64,000 nucleotides of DNA from a plasmid, in sequence record NZ_LC532224.1; one strand, given 5' to 3'. The translations under genes and the position numbers were made by a program. Positions 10,129 to 20,229 of the stretch are shown piece after piece. Position 1 is the stretch's first letter. Each line of letters starts with the position of its first letter. A model generated the notes under the pieces. It did no database searches. It saw only the letters and a list, made by a program, of their open reading frames with translations, and was not told the DNA's origin.

Positions 10129-11169
10129 ATGAGACGCCTTCCCGTGTTTTTTGTCCTGGACTGTTCAGAGTCCATGATTGGTGAAAACCTGAAAAAAATG
10201 ACTGATGGTCTGCAAATGATCGTCGGAGATTTAAGAAAGGATCCACACGCACTTGAAACAGCCTGGGTCTCGGTAATCGCATTTGCCGGTGTAGCCCGTA
10301 CGATTGTACCTCTTCACGAAATTGCCTCGTTCTACCCTCCCCGCCTTCCCGTTGGCGGCGGTACGAGCCTTGGAGCTGCATTGCGTGAGCTGACCGTGCA
10401 AATTGATACCCAGGTCAGAAAAACCACTCATGAGGCTAAAGGCGACTGGAAACCCGTCGTGTATCTCCTTACCGACGGACGTCCGACTGACGACACAACC
10501 GCAGAAGTGAAGCGCTGGAAGGATCACTACGCGAGTAAAGTGAATCTCATTGCCGTTGGCCTGGGGCCGTCAGCGGACCTGAATATCCTGCGGCAACTGA
10601 CAGAGAATGTCATGCTGTTCACCGAATCTCAGGAAGGGGACTTTACCCGCTTCATCAAATGGATCACGGCCTCGGTTACGGCGCACAGCCGCAGCGTCGG
10701 GGACGACAAACAACCTGAGCTCAGCCAGACTGAATACATAGTCCGGCTGGCCAAGGACGAGCCAGTAAAAGCGTACGACGAAAACTGCGTTACGCTTACC
10801 GGCCGTTGCAGCAAGACCCGTCGTCCGTACCTGATGAAGTATGAACGGCCACCAGCAAGGGTTTCCGGGCTCGATTTCAGTCTGAACCTGAACAGCTTTA
10901 ATATTGCCGGATGCTATCCCATCGATGAGGACTATTTTGCGTGGTCAGATGCCACCGCTACCGGTTTGCAGGTAAATACCAGCGAACTGCATGGCGTACC
11001 GGGTTGCCCCCACTGCGGTAATGCCAGTGCGTTTGCCCTGTGCTCATGCGGAAAGTTGCTGTGTATTGACGGCCCGGATGACGTGATCTGCCCGTGGTGT
11101 GAAACAGGCCTGTCATTCAGCAATGATGGCGGAAACACTAACTTCGACGTAAACAGAGGGAGAGGTTGA
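10129..11169 (+). CDS. terY: vWA-domain protein TerY paralog with C-terminal zinc ribbon
   Basis: MRRLPVFFVLDCSESM vWA start; C-terminal CPHCG...CSCGKLLC...CPWCE. Confidence 0.8.
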   Translation: MRRLPVFFVLDCSESMIGENLKKMTDGLQMIVGDLRKDPHALETAWVSVIAFAGVARTIVPLHEIASFYPPRLPVGGGTSLGAALRELTVQIDTQVRKTTHEAKGDWKPVVYLLTDGRPTDDTTAEVKRWKDHYASKVNLIAVGLGPSADLNILRQLTENVMLFTESQEGDFTRFIKWITASVTAHSRSVGDDKQPELSQTEYIVRLAKDEPVKAYDENCVTLTGRCSKTRRPYLMKYERPPARVSGLDFSLNLNSFNIAGCYPIDEDYFAWSDATATGLQVNTSELHGVPGCPHCGNASAFALCSCGKLLCIDGPDDVICPWCETGLSFSNDGGNTNFDVNRGRG

Positions 11170-12806
11170 TGTCGCAAAATGCTTTACTTGAAGAGAAGAT
11201 TATCCGCTTAGTTCTGTCTGAGCTGGGCCACCCTGTTGAAGGTGAGCGGCTTTTACTTCTATCGCAGGACCCATCCCTTACCGAAGAAATTATGCGGCTT
11301 AAAGAGCGGATTGAGAGCCTTGCACAGGGTTTATCTGCGCGGGTTAGCGAAGGTGATAACGACGCAGAGATTGCCGCCTCGTCAGCATCCAGTCTTTCCG
11401 ATCAGCAACAAACGGTCGTAAGTGTTGCTGATAACCCGGGCATTGACGCTACCGATACATCAGCACTGCAACCCCTGCCAGAAAATGAGCCTCATCCTCC
11501 GTTCTGGAAGCTGATGCCTTATTACGAATTTGATAAACCAGCACAGAGGGAAGACGAAAACCTGTCTTCCCTGGTATTAAAACCCGGGCAGATACCGACA
11601 GGCCAGCAGCGGGCCAGCTTAGCTGTGCCACCTGCCGTTCCCCCGAGAGCTAAAATAACGATCCCCAACGCCCGCGCAGGCGAACGTTTCTCTTCGCCGG
11701 TTGCTATCGTTCTGGGTGAGGGCCAGCAGGCTACTGTCAGGGACGTTGTCTTTCCCCGGAACATTGGCCTGTCTTTTGACAAAGAACAGGAGTTGCTGAC
11801 AGGTACTCCCACCGAAAGCGGCGATATAGAGCTTTCAGTAATCTGGTCATGCACGTCGCACGACGAATGTGAAACAAAACAGCTATTTATAATCAATCCC
11901 GATCCGAGAAGCCTGTGGAAGGTGGTAGAGCCACCAGCAGACGCTCCCTACCCTAAGTCCCATCTGGACGCTGCTGGCCTGGTCAGGGGTGATATACGTA
12001 TTGCTGCCGCCAGTCGCCGGGGACGCTCTCATGAGCATGCCGGAAGCTTCAGAGATGACGACTTCTACATCAACCACTGCCAGGAAACAGGATGGTCTGT
12101 CATGCTGGTCGCAGACGGAGCCGGTAGTGCGGTAAATTCCCGGGAAGGCTCCCGGATTGCAGTCAAAACGGCTGGCGATTACCTTTTAAATCAGCTCAGT
12201 GGTGTGAAAGGCGTCCATTTAAAGCAGCACATCACGGCGTGGGAAGGGAGCGATCAGCAGGCAACAATAAACGCCATGCTTCATCATTTTAAACAGGCAG
12301 CTACGCTCGCGGTCAACAGTATCCAGAACGAAGCCATTTGTGCAGAACAACCTGTGAAATCCTATTCAACAACCCTTCTGGCAACTGTAGCGCTACGAAC
12401 TGATAACGAGCTGTTTGCGACTGCATTCTGGCTTGGTGATGGTGCGATAGGTGCATACAGCCCTTCCGGTAAAGTCAGGATACTGGGAAATCCCGATAGC
12501 GGAGAATACGCAGGACAAACCCGTTTCCTTGACCAGAGCATTATCGCAGACCCCTCGTTTAGCGGCCGCATCAGCGTGGGTAAATGGAATGATGTATCTC
12601 ACTTGATCCTCATGACAGACGGCGTCTCAGACCCTCTGTTTGAGACGGATAATGGGCTTCGCAGTGACGAAAAATGGACCCGTCTCGTTGATGAGCTCAA
12701 CCCTGTCCTTACAGACGCCAGTATTGCGCCTGAGAGGTTAGGCGACTGGCTTAACTTTTTCTCCACAGGGAACCATGATGACCGCACTATTGCGGTGTTG
12801 TGGTAA
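11166..12806 (+). CDS. PP2C-family Ser/Thr phosphatase of TerY-P triad
   Basis: 546 aa; PP2C-like LVADGAGS / LMTDGVSD motifs; overlaps flanking genes. Confidence 0.7.
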   Translation: MMSQNALLEEKIIRLVLSELGHPVEGERLLLLSQDPSLTEEIMRLKERIESLAQGLSARVSEGDNDAEIAASSASSLSDQQQTVVSVADNPGIDATDTSALQPLPENEPHPPFWKLMPYYEFDKPAQREDENLSSLVLKPGQIPTGQQRASLAVPPAVPPRAKITIPNARAGERFSSPVAIVLGEGQQATVRDVVFPRNIGLSFDKEQELLTGTPTESGDIELSVIWSCTSHDECETKQLFIINPDPRSLWKVVEPPADAPYPKSHLDAAGLVRGDIRIAAASRRGRSHEHAGSFRDDDFYINHCQETGWSVMLVADGAGSAVNSREGSRIAVKTAGDYLLNQLSGVKGVHLKQHITAWEGSDQQATINAMLHHFKQAATLAVNSIQNEAICAEQPVKSYSTTLLATVALRTDNELFATAFWLGDGAIGAYSPSGKVRILGNPDSGEYAGQTRFLDQSIIADPSFSGRISVGKWNDVSHLILMTDGVSDPLFETDNGLRSDEKWTRLVDELNPVLTDASIAPERLGDWLNFFSTGNHDDRTIAVLW

Positions 12807-12831
12807 GGGATACGCTTTTTCGGTGATCAAT

Positions 12832-14331
12832 ATGGCAAATATCGTTACGTGCAAAACAAAGGACGGCGAAACAGTCCAGTATGTTGACGAGGTAATTGGT
12901 TCGGGCTCGATGAAGGATGTTTACTTTTCGCCTGATAAATCATACGTCGTCGCTTTTTATCATAAACCGCAGAACGAGCAGGCCCGGGATCGGATTGATA
13001 TGATCACCGGACGCTACAGGCAAAACATTTTTGGCCAGTCCGGAGGTGAATACTGGAAGGACCTGTTTTGCTGGCCGACCCATGTTGTTGAGCATGGGCA
13101 TAAAATCGGCATCGTGGTTCCAACCTACAAAAGCTACTTTTTCTTTAAATACGGCTCTAAAAACGATGATTTTCTTGGCATAAAAGGTCGTGAAAAGGAA
13201 GGCAAATGGTTTGCCAGCGCCAGCAACCAGAACAAATTTCTCGACCCACGTGAACGAGGCAATACGCTTACCTATCTCAAGGTCTGTCTGCTGCTGACAA
13301 GAGCCGTCAGAAGGATGCATGCGGCAGGTCTCTGTCACAGCGATCTAAGCTATAAAAACGTGCTTATCGATCCAGAAATGGGACATGCCTGCATCATTGA
13401 CGTAGACGGCCTGGTTGTCCCTGGAAAGTATCCTCCCGACGTGGTGGGCACCCCGGATTTTATCGCTCCGGAAGTGGTGAAAACCAGTCATCTTTCCAAA
13501 GAGGATCCGAACCGCGTATTGCCAAGCATTACTACTGACCGTCATGCGCTGTCGGTGCTTATCTACATGTATCTGTTCTTCCGTCATCCGCTACGTGGCG
13601 GAAAAATACATGACATGTCGGATGAAGTACGTGATGAGACCTTATCTATGGGTGAGAAGGCACTCTTCATTGAACATCCGACAGACAAAAGCAATGCAGT
13701 CAAAGTCAGTCAGCTATCGTCCTTTTCACTGCCCTGGGCTGACCCGGAGAAAATTCCTTACACCATCATGGGCCCTTATCTGACACCTTTGTTTGAGCGC
13801 GCCTTTATAGATGGCTTACACGATGCCACTAAACGCCCGACCGCCGATGAGTGGGAAAGCGCCCTGGTTAAAACAGTCGATCTGATACAGCCCTGCCAGA
13901 ACAAGGCGTGTGAACAGAAATGGTACGTTTTCTCGGGTAAGACAAAGCCGGTTTGTCCCTACTGCGGTACGCCATACAAGGGTAAATTACCGGTTCTAAA
14001 TTTATATTCTTCCCGAAAGGAAGGCAGTTATCGTCCTGACGACCACCGGTTGATGGTGTGGAGCGGGCAGTCAATCTATGCGTGGCATGTGAATCGCCTC
14101 ATTGCGCCAAATGAGCGTACAACCGATTTGCAAAGGAAACGAGTTGGGTATTTTGTTTTCCATAACGATCAGTGGTGGTTAGTAAATGAAGGCATAAATG
14201 GGCTTATGTCATTACCGGATAAACGACAGATTGCCATTGGGGAAAAAATTGAACTGACGAATAACGCTCAGTTTGTTCTGTCAAAGGAGGAAGGCGGCAG
14301 GCTGGTCGTCGTTCAGTTAGTAGAAAACTAA
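12832..14331 (+). CDS. Ser/Thr protein kinase with C-terminal zinc ribbon
   Basis: catalytic loop HSDLSYKNVLID, DVDG; CxxC...CxxC; start at MANIV (12832) preferred over 12775. Confidence 0.7.
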   Translation: MANIVTCKTKDGETVQYVDEVIGSGSMKDVYFSPDKSYVVAFYHKPQNEQARDRIDMITGRYRQNIFGQSGGEYWKDLFCWPTHVVEHGHKIGIVVPTYKSYFFFKYGSKNDDFLGIKGREKEGKWFASASNQNKFLDPRERGNTLTYLKVCLLLTRAVRRMHAAGLCHSDLSYKNVLIDPEMGHACIIDVDGLVVPGKYPPDVVGTPDFIAPEVVKTSHLSKEDPNRVLPSITTDRHALSVLIYMYLFFRHPLRGGKIHDMSDEVRDETLSMGEKALFIEHPTDKSNAVKVSQLSSFSLPWADPEKIPYTIMGPYLTPLFERAFIDGLHDATKRPTADEWESALVKTVDLIQPCQNKACEQKWYVFSGKTKPVCPYCGTPYKGKLPVLNLYSSRKEGSYRPDDHRLMVWSGQSIYAWHVNRLIAPNERTTDLQRKRVGYFVFHNDQWWLVNEGINGLMSLPDKRQIAIGEKIELTNNAQFVLSKEEGGRLVVVQLVEN

Positions 14332-14496
14332 CGGACGCCCATAACGACTAAAACGTTCTGGCAGCATACTGAACCTGTTTAATGAATCACTATATTAAGC
14401 TGTGTCAAATTTAAGCTGCCAGAAAAACTGACTGTCTGTGCCGGATATGCGGTACACCTCCTGCGGCAAGGGTTTAATGCGCAAAGCCCAATTTAT

Positions 14497-15579
14497 TTAT
14501 AAGAGTGAATAGTTTTGTGGCTCTACCCTGCCGCTCTCCTTTCCTGTGTCATGGTTTTTAACATCTGAAATACTGACATTGTTAAGCCGGTGATTGTATA
14601 AGGCGATGCGGACAATCTCATGAAGATATTCAAGTTCGTTTTGTGTCAAGGACTGGCCTTCCTGGGTTTTTGAAATCATTTCCTGCCAGCAGATCAGTCT
14701 TTCGTAACTGACATGTTCGCTGTTTTCCAGGCAGTGCAACCTGAAATAGCGAAGGAACAAAGGAAATTCATCGGTCTGAGCGATGTCATAAGCCCGAACC
14801 GTTAACCGACACAGACATACAATCGTATCCTGCTGTAACCTGACTAACGCGTTATGACTGCCCGGAAGGATATCAGGCAATTTCATCTTACAGTCAGCAA
14901 GGCGCTGAAGAAGAGGCCCTTCCTCTGAAGGCTCCCGTCCCCGATACTCCTGAAGAGGTTCAGATTCAAGTTCATGCATTAATGGATGATATAGCCATTC
15001 CCGGGAACTGGTCTCATCAATGATCAGGCTTTCAATGCACTCACTGTATGTTGTTTTACGTCGCCCGAGCTGCACCTGACTGATTTCATATTCAATATCT
15101 GGAAGATCGATACGCAATGCGGCAACTCTTTCGGAAGGATGAAGGTGGTCAAAGGTTAACTTCGCAGAAATGCTACGATCCCTGTCCAGAAAGACGGCCA
15201 CACATAAATCATTAACCTTTACGAACAGATCAGCTGTGCCTCCGAACATACTGCCGCTTCCAATAACCTCATTCAGTGAAACCGGCCCACCATCGTCGCC
15301 AGCGAGAAGATTTGGGAAACCAAGAACCTGGTGCTCGTTGATGACTTCAATAATTTTTCCCCGGATGGCTTCCATCAGACCATCACAGTCACCGGCTACA
15401 GCAGTACTGTGTGAGAAATGCCAAAGCTTGACCTCCCCCTGCTTTGCTAACAGATCAGTTTTGCAAGCGGGGCAGATGCAGTTACAGTCGATACCCCGGC
15501 TGACCTCTGTAATATCTAAAAAGAGTCCTGATTCTCTCTGGAGTCCAAATGGAATACCAAATGTGTAACTCTTACGCAT
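14497..15579 (-). CDS. CoiA-like / nuclease-like protein
   Basis: N-terminal CPACKTDLLAKQGEVKLWHFSH resembles CoiA-family zinc-finger/HFxH region; start at MRKSY preferred over the extended ORF-track start. Confidence 0.4.
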   Translation of the reverse strand: MRKSYTFGIPFGLQRESGLFLDITEVSRGIDCNCICPACKTDLLAKQGEVKLWHFSHSTAVAGDCDGLMEAIRGKIIEVINEHQVLGFPNLLAGDDGGPVSLNEVIGSGSMFGGTADLFVKVNDLCVAVFLDRDRSISAKLTFDHLHPSERVAALRIDLPDIEYEISQVQLGRRKTTYSECIESLIIDETSSREWLYHPLMHELESEPLQEYRGREPSEEGPLLQRLADCKMKLPDILPGSHNALVRLQQDTIVCLCRLTVRAYDIAQTDEFPLFLRYFRLHCLENSEHVSYERLICWQEMISKTQEGQSLTQNELEYLHEIVRIALYNHRLNNVSISDVKNHDTGKESGRVEPQNYSLL

Positions 15580-15939
15580 GGCTGCACCCCGTTTTTGATA
15601 ATTATTCAAACTATATCCGAAATAACGGAGGAGGATTTCTGTAAAACGAATTAAAAGAAATGATTTTTTAGTTTTCCAGATTAATGTTTGACAAGAATCA
15701 AATGAGAGCCTTACAAATATGGAGAGAGAAGTTTAGGTAAAGTAACTTTTATCACAACTTCTAAAATTAAGGAGAATATCGGATGTATTTAGCAGTGGGC
15801 TTGGCTTATGATTAAAGTCTTTCTCCGAACTTAATAAGAAAGTTAAAAAGACAGGCTATTACAGTGCCTTTAGCCCCGAAAGGGGCATAAACTATTTTCA
15901 AATCCAGACACAGTCTTTTTGTTGTGCCAATATCAATAA

Positions 15940-16158
15940 TTACTCGCGAACAAAGGTCCACACACTCGCAGGAACTTTGTCATATAACTTTTTCATTGTC
16001 AGTTCAGCTTTACGATGATCATAAGCACCAGAAATTTCAAGAGAGGCGACACCCGAGTTTTTTTCACATAACCTTTCAAATACTTTTTCGAGCGTTTCGA
16101 ACGAACTACACTTACGGAATTTCATTAAATAAGACTGCTTTGTGTCAGACATAATCAA
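15940..16158 (-). CDS. hha: Hha/YmoA-family haemolysin expression-modulating protein (plasmid paralog)
   Basis: 72 aa; YLMKFRKCSSFETLEKVFE...DHRKAELTMKKLYDKVPASVWTFVR aligns along full length with Hha. Confidence 0.8.
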   Translation of the reverse strand: MIMSDTKQSYLMKFRKCSSFETLEKVFERLCEKNSGVASLEISGAYDHRKAELTMKKLYDKVPASVWTFVRE

Positions 16159-16312
16159 CCTTCTTTAGACAGGCCTCAACTGGCCAGGGATAATCTTAAT
16201 ATCATTTTTCACTTAAGCCTAACGATTTCACAACCTTTTTCGTTGTTTCCACCCTGTTCATAACCAGGTACATGAGTGCTAAAATGACTGTAAATAAAAC
16301 CAGTGTATCCCG

Positions 16313-17497
16313 GTGAGCAGGATGAAGAATCAATCAGTGATCAGACAGTTTTCGGAAAGCGAATTGCATCAGCAGCTGGAAACGTTCGGCAACCATGATA
16401 AACAGCTTTCACGCTTGATCCGTTACTTTTCCCATCTGAGATACAACACAGCTAAAACCTATCTGCACTGGCTACGAGTATGGAACGAATGGTATCAGGC
16501 GAATGCCCGGTTGCATACAGACTGGCCAGTAAGTTCGCTCCCCGTGTCTGAGGAAGCTCTGCTGGCGTTTATGGGGCATCTTGAAGGCAAATTGTCACGA
16601 AGCAGCATAAACAGCTGTCTTCAGGCCTTAAACAGTATCCATAAAAAAGGGCTTAACCTGCCCGGGATTATTACGTCTGAAGCATGGTACATGCTGGAAG
16701 CCTTAAAACAATCGGAAGCCCGGAAGCGAAAGACGACTAAACAGGCAACTCCCTTTCTTATTGGCGATCTCAAGGCTCTGATAAAGTTACGCAGTACTAC
16801 AAACTCAGTTCGTAAGCTTCGTGACCTGTGCCTGATCTGGACAGGCTTTGAAACACTGCTCCGTTCATCCGAAATTCGCCGTATACGTCTGAAAGATCTG
16901 TCTCTGGATAGTATGACCGGTGAATTTAACCTGACGGTATACCGTACAAAAACGAACATCAGTACACTTCTTACCTACCGGCTGACACGTCAGTTAACTA
17001 ACTGCCTCTTGAGATTGATGAACCTTGTGAAAATGGATCAGCACAGTCATCCGGATGAATACCTTTTCCAGGCCGTAAATTTCCATGATACAGGCTATAT
17101 GCCACCCGGCTGGAAGCTTCGGAGTAAAGGGAATGAGCTATCTGAGCTTCTTAAACGGCATAACCTGCCCTACCGTGCTAAACAAAGTCTTCTGAACGAT
17201 GAAGATGAGGAAGACACTGTGGACGATGCCGGTATGCTCAGCAAAAATTCCCTTTTACGGGCATTTAAAGAAATGTGGAATGAGCTTTATCCAAATGAGA
17301 CTAAAACCCGTTACTGGACAGGGCACAGCGTTCGTGTAGGCGGTGCGATACAGCTGGATATTGAAGGTTACTCGCTACCACAGATTATGGAAATGGGGAA
17401 CTGGTCGAATGAAGAAATGGTTATGCGCTACATTCGCAATATTGAAGCTGGTAAAAAAGCCATGATCAAGCTTATGCGAAATGCCTTTGATGAATAG
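16313..17497 (+). CDS. tyrosine site-specific recombinase
   Basis: 394 aa; C-terminal HSVRVGGA...RY catalytic box. Confidence 0.7.
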   Translation: MSRMKNQSVIRQFSESELHQQLETFGNHDKQLSRLIRYFSHLRYNTAKTYLHWLRVWNEWYQANARLHTDWPVSSLPVSEEALLAFMGHLEGKLSRSSINSCLQALNSIHKKGLNLPGIITSEAWYMLEALKQSEARKRKTTKQATPFLIGDLKALIKLRSTTNSVRKLRDLCLIWTGFETLLRSSEIRRIRLKDLSLDSMTGEFNLTVYRTKTNISTLLTYRLTRQLTNCLLRLMNLVKMDQHSHPDEYLFQAVNFHDTGYMPPGWKLRSKGNELSELLKRHNLPYRAKQSLLNDEDEEDTVDDAGMLSKNSLLRAFKEMWNELYPNETKTRYWTGHSVRVGGAIQLDIEGYSLPQIMEMGNWSNEEMVMRYIRNIEAGKKAMIKLMRNAFDE

Positions 17498-17518
17498 CGC
17501 CCTCACGGGCGCATAACT

Positions 17519-17869
17519 TTATTTTTTCTTGAACGGGTTAAGTCTGGTGAGATTAGAGAGTGCCCCTCCCGGAGGCAAAATTCCCGTCCTTTTATATTTG
17601 TACACGCCATTTAATTTCATTGTCTGGATTCCAAGATTAATAAGCGTGACAAGTTTAAGGGTATACAGGAGTGTAAATTGGGGAGCAACCTGAATAAAAA
17701 CTAATAACAAGCCTGCACACATTACACGTAGCCATGCCGCGTACTCCATGCTCAGCGGACGCTTGAAATAGAATCTTTCGAGCAAATCAACTGTCTTATT
17801 ACTGATCCACGCCGCCGCCACTGAGAGTAACAACACGATGCACACCATAATGCCCAGTTCCATTTTCAC
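17519..17869 (-). CDS. small membrane protein
   Basis: 116 aa, hydrophobic helices; overlaps 3' end of upstream gene in another frame. Confidence 0.3.
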   Translation of the reverse strand: MKMELGIMVCIVLLLSVAAAWISNKTVDLLERFYFKRPLSMEYAAWLRVMCAGLLLVFIQVAPQFTLLYTLKLVTLINLGIQTMKLNGVYKYKRTGILPPGGALSNLTRLNPFKKK

Positions 17870-18704
17870 TCCCTTCTCTTTTAGTCTGTTTAAGTTGAGG
17901 CTTAGCCACAGTAGTTTTGTTTTTTGCTTTTTTCTTAGGTTTGGTATGGTGAAACAGAAAACAATCCACCATTACCCAACCATTTTTATATCGAGCCACC
18001 AGCATCTTCTGGCTGGGGTAATGAGCATGAAACAGCATTTTCACGTCCATGGTGCCCATCAACGACTGTTTGCGCTTTAGCTCATCCTCAGCCATCTGAA
18101 ATTCTTGTAAGAATTCTGAAGACAGACGCTGACGCAGAATTCTTATGGCACTGGAGTTTTCATCATTCTTTGCCAGGTGCCCGAAGCGTACAAGTGCCTT
18201 GTGGGTTATCTGGATGGGTCCCAGATGAGAGCTGAGCTGTTCGTACTGCCAGAAGTAGGTCAAATCCACCTTAACCCAGCTGATGCTGTCCAGCAGAGCC
18301 TCGTTCATGATGGTTCCGGACATAGGTACCATTGTCAGCCTGGCCAGACGCATATGTATGTAGTCCGTAAGCAACCTCAGCGACTCAGGAACGTTTTTAT
18401 TGAGTAGGAGATGCTGAAGCACCGGGGTTGCGGTCTGCCAACACAGATTGCGCCCGTCAGGCAGGAAAGCAAACTTTTGATCGTCAGGCGCAGAGTTCGA
18501 AGCGTTTTCCTTACGAAGCAAAAAATAATGGCCGCACAGCAGCTCTGCTCTTACCTGGTCCTCGTCAGGGTCATGTCGGGCTTTACTTAGATCAACGGTT
18601 AGCACAACGCGGTTAATCGCATCAGCGTGATATTTTTTTACCCAGACGCAGACACGATAGAGACGCTCATCGATTTTCTGGCTGGCTGTGGAAATCCATT
18701 GCAT
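17799..18704 (-). CDS. hypothetical protein
   Basis: 301-aa ORF in co-directional AT-rich array. Confidence 0.45.
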   Translation of the reverse strand: MQWISTASQKIDERLYRVCVWVKKYHADAINRVVLTVDLSKARHDPDEDQVRAELLCGHYFLLRKENASNSAPDDQKFAFLPDGRNLCWQTATPVLQHLLLNKNVPESLRLLTDYIHMRLARLTMVPMSGTIMNEALLDSISWVKVDLTYFWQYEQLSSHLGPIQITHKALVRFGHLAKNDENSSAIRILRQRLSSEFLQEFQMAEDELKRKQSLMGTMDVKMLFHAHYPSQKMLVARYKNGWVMVDCFLFHHTKPKKKAKNKTTVAKPQLKQTKREGSENGTGHYGVHRVVTLSGGGVDQ

Positions 18705-18713
18705 TGTTGTTCC

Positions 18714-19709
18714 TTAATTTTCGGGGCTGACAATGAAAATGCCCAGCTCAGCCCCCGGCACGAGTTCTGTATATTTCAGGCTCAGCTTCCGTTGGTTGGA
18801 CGGACCCTGGCTGTTTTCAGGAGCCCAGTCAGAGAGCGTTTTTAATTGAGGTATGTTGCCTGCTGCGAAAATGGGCAAGGATGCTTTTACTACTGAATAA
18901 TCAGTCTCAGCATATTTATTCCCGTTTCGTTCCTGCCCTTCAGGCCTAAATGCAAAAATGTGAGCAATCGGAACAGGGAAAGAGTTAGTTCGACAAAGGC
19001 GATAAGATTCGCCCTGCTTCAGTGGGTGAAATTCAAGACGGTGTAAAGCCTTATCGATATTAGACACGACATTCAAATTGGTAGTTGCTACATTTTTTAC
19101 TTCTGAGGCTCTCCTGCGCTCCAACAAACTCACAAGTTGCTCTGCTGTTTTAACTTCCTGGTTTCGGTTTAGCCGCCATGAAAAAGTAACTTTTTTAAGC
19201 TGGGACTTGATGAAAAGGATATTTCTTGTTGAGTGCATAGCGACAAGGCCCGGGAGCTTCTTGTGCACTTTATCAAAACGGACATTCTTTTTATTATCGA
19301 TACGCCTCATTGCCGCAGCAAAATCATTTTTTGCTTCGTTTATAGAAGTGATCAAGCTTTCGAGAAGATCTGCTCTTTCGGGGACAATGATTAGACCCGG
19401 GTATTTAGTGGTTACTTTGGTGGAATCATGACTTAATGACTCTATGTCATCCACACAGATGTCAGTAAGTGCCTGAATAATTTCCTCAACCGAAGCATCG
19501 TCTTTAATACTAACCCTGATGGGTTTAACCTGCTTCAAGCGCTCTTCTGTTCTAGATACGGTGGAGACAGTCATCAGGTTTGCCATCATCGGGGGGGTGT
19601 TCGAAAGAAAACACTTGAGCGAGTCGATGCGTTCCAGAATCTGGTCACGAAAATAGGGCAAATCGTCATAACTCATACGTTTCTCCAGGCTCATGTTATT
19701 TCCAATCAA
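18714..19709 (-). CDS. hypothetical protein
   Basis: 331-aa ORF; exact start uncertain. Confidence 0.45.
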   Translation of the reverse strand: MIGNNMSLEKRMSYDDLPYFRDQILERIDSLKCFLSNTPPMMANLMTVSTVSRTEERLKQVKPIRVSIKDDASVEEIIQALTDICVDDIESLSHDSTKVTTKYPGLIIVPERADLLESLITSINEAKNDFAAAMRRIDNKKNVRFDKVHKKLPGLVAMHSTRNILFIKSQLKKVTFSWRLNRNQEVKTAEQLVSLLERRRASEVKNVATTNLNVVSNIDKALHRLEFHPLKQGESYRLCRTNSFPVPIAHIFAFRPEGQERNGNKYAETDYSVVKASLPIFAAGNIPQLKTLSDWAPENSQGPSNQRKLSLKYTELVPGAELGIFIVSPEN

Positions 19710-19766
19710 TTTTGCTGCCCAGGCTGACCTTGCAGAACATAAATGTCATGTAAACCTCTAAAGAAG

Positions 19767-20213
19767 TCATTTTGAAACAGCTTTCACAGCATGCGATTTA
19801 TGTTCGATAGGGCTCATGAACAAAGGATGATAATGGAGACGCCATGGATAGTGGATAGTCTTACCCACCTGGGTGATCCGATTGAGGCGAAAACGACCAT
19901 TTATACAGTCAACTGACCAAAGCCCGGGAGAAACTAACCTCTTCCAGCGGTAAAAAGAGAAACCTGCAACACAGAGGTCATGCTCCAGGAAATGTTGAGT
20001 TTCGACGACGCGAACTTTTATCAAAAACCCCAGCATTGGCGAAAACCAGATCAACAACCATGTTGGCGGCAGGATGACTTTGTTCAGGAGATGATCTGTC
20101 ATAAGCAAGGCAGATAACATCAGAAAACTGATAGTCAACCACAGGGCCATCCAACCGGCCCATACGCGGCTCTGACAGGGTTTCCATTCGAGAAGAAAAA
20201 GTTTTTTATGCAT
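19767..20213 (-). CDS. hypothetical membrane protein
   Basis: 148 aa, Trp/Leu-rich hydrophobic. Confidence 0.35.
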   Translation of the reverse strand: MHKKLFLLEWKPCQSRVWAGWMALWLTISFLMLSALLMTDHLLNKVILPPTWLLIWFSPMLGFLIKVRVVETQHFLEHDLCVAGFSFYRWKRLVSPGLWSVDCINGRFRLNRITQVGKTIHYPWRLHYHPLFMSPIEHKSHAVKAVSK

Positions 20214-20229
20214 TCTGCCCCGCCTAATT

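Noticed and set aside
9558-10175. 205-aa minus-strand ORF inside terY, and similar internal antisense ORFs in the ter region (2712..3164, 3121..3810, 4426..4968, 6361..6719)
   Set aside because: They are fully nested in antisense within strongly supported, motif-bearing genes in GC-rich DNA. They are typical spurious ORFs.
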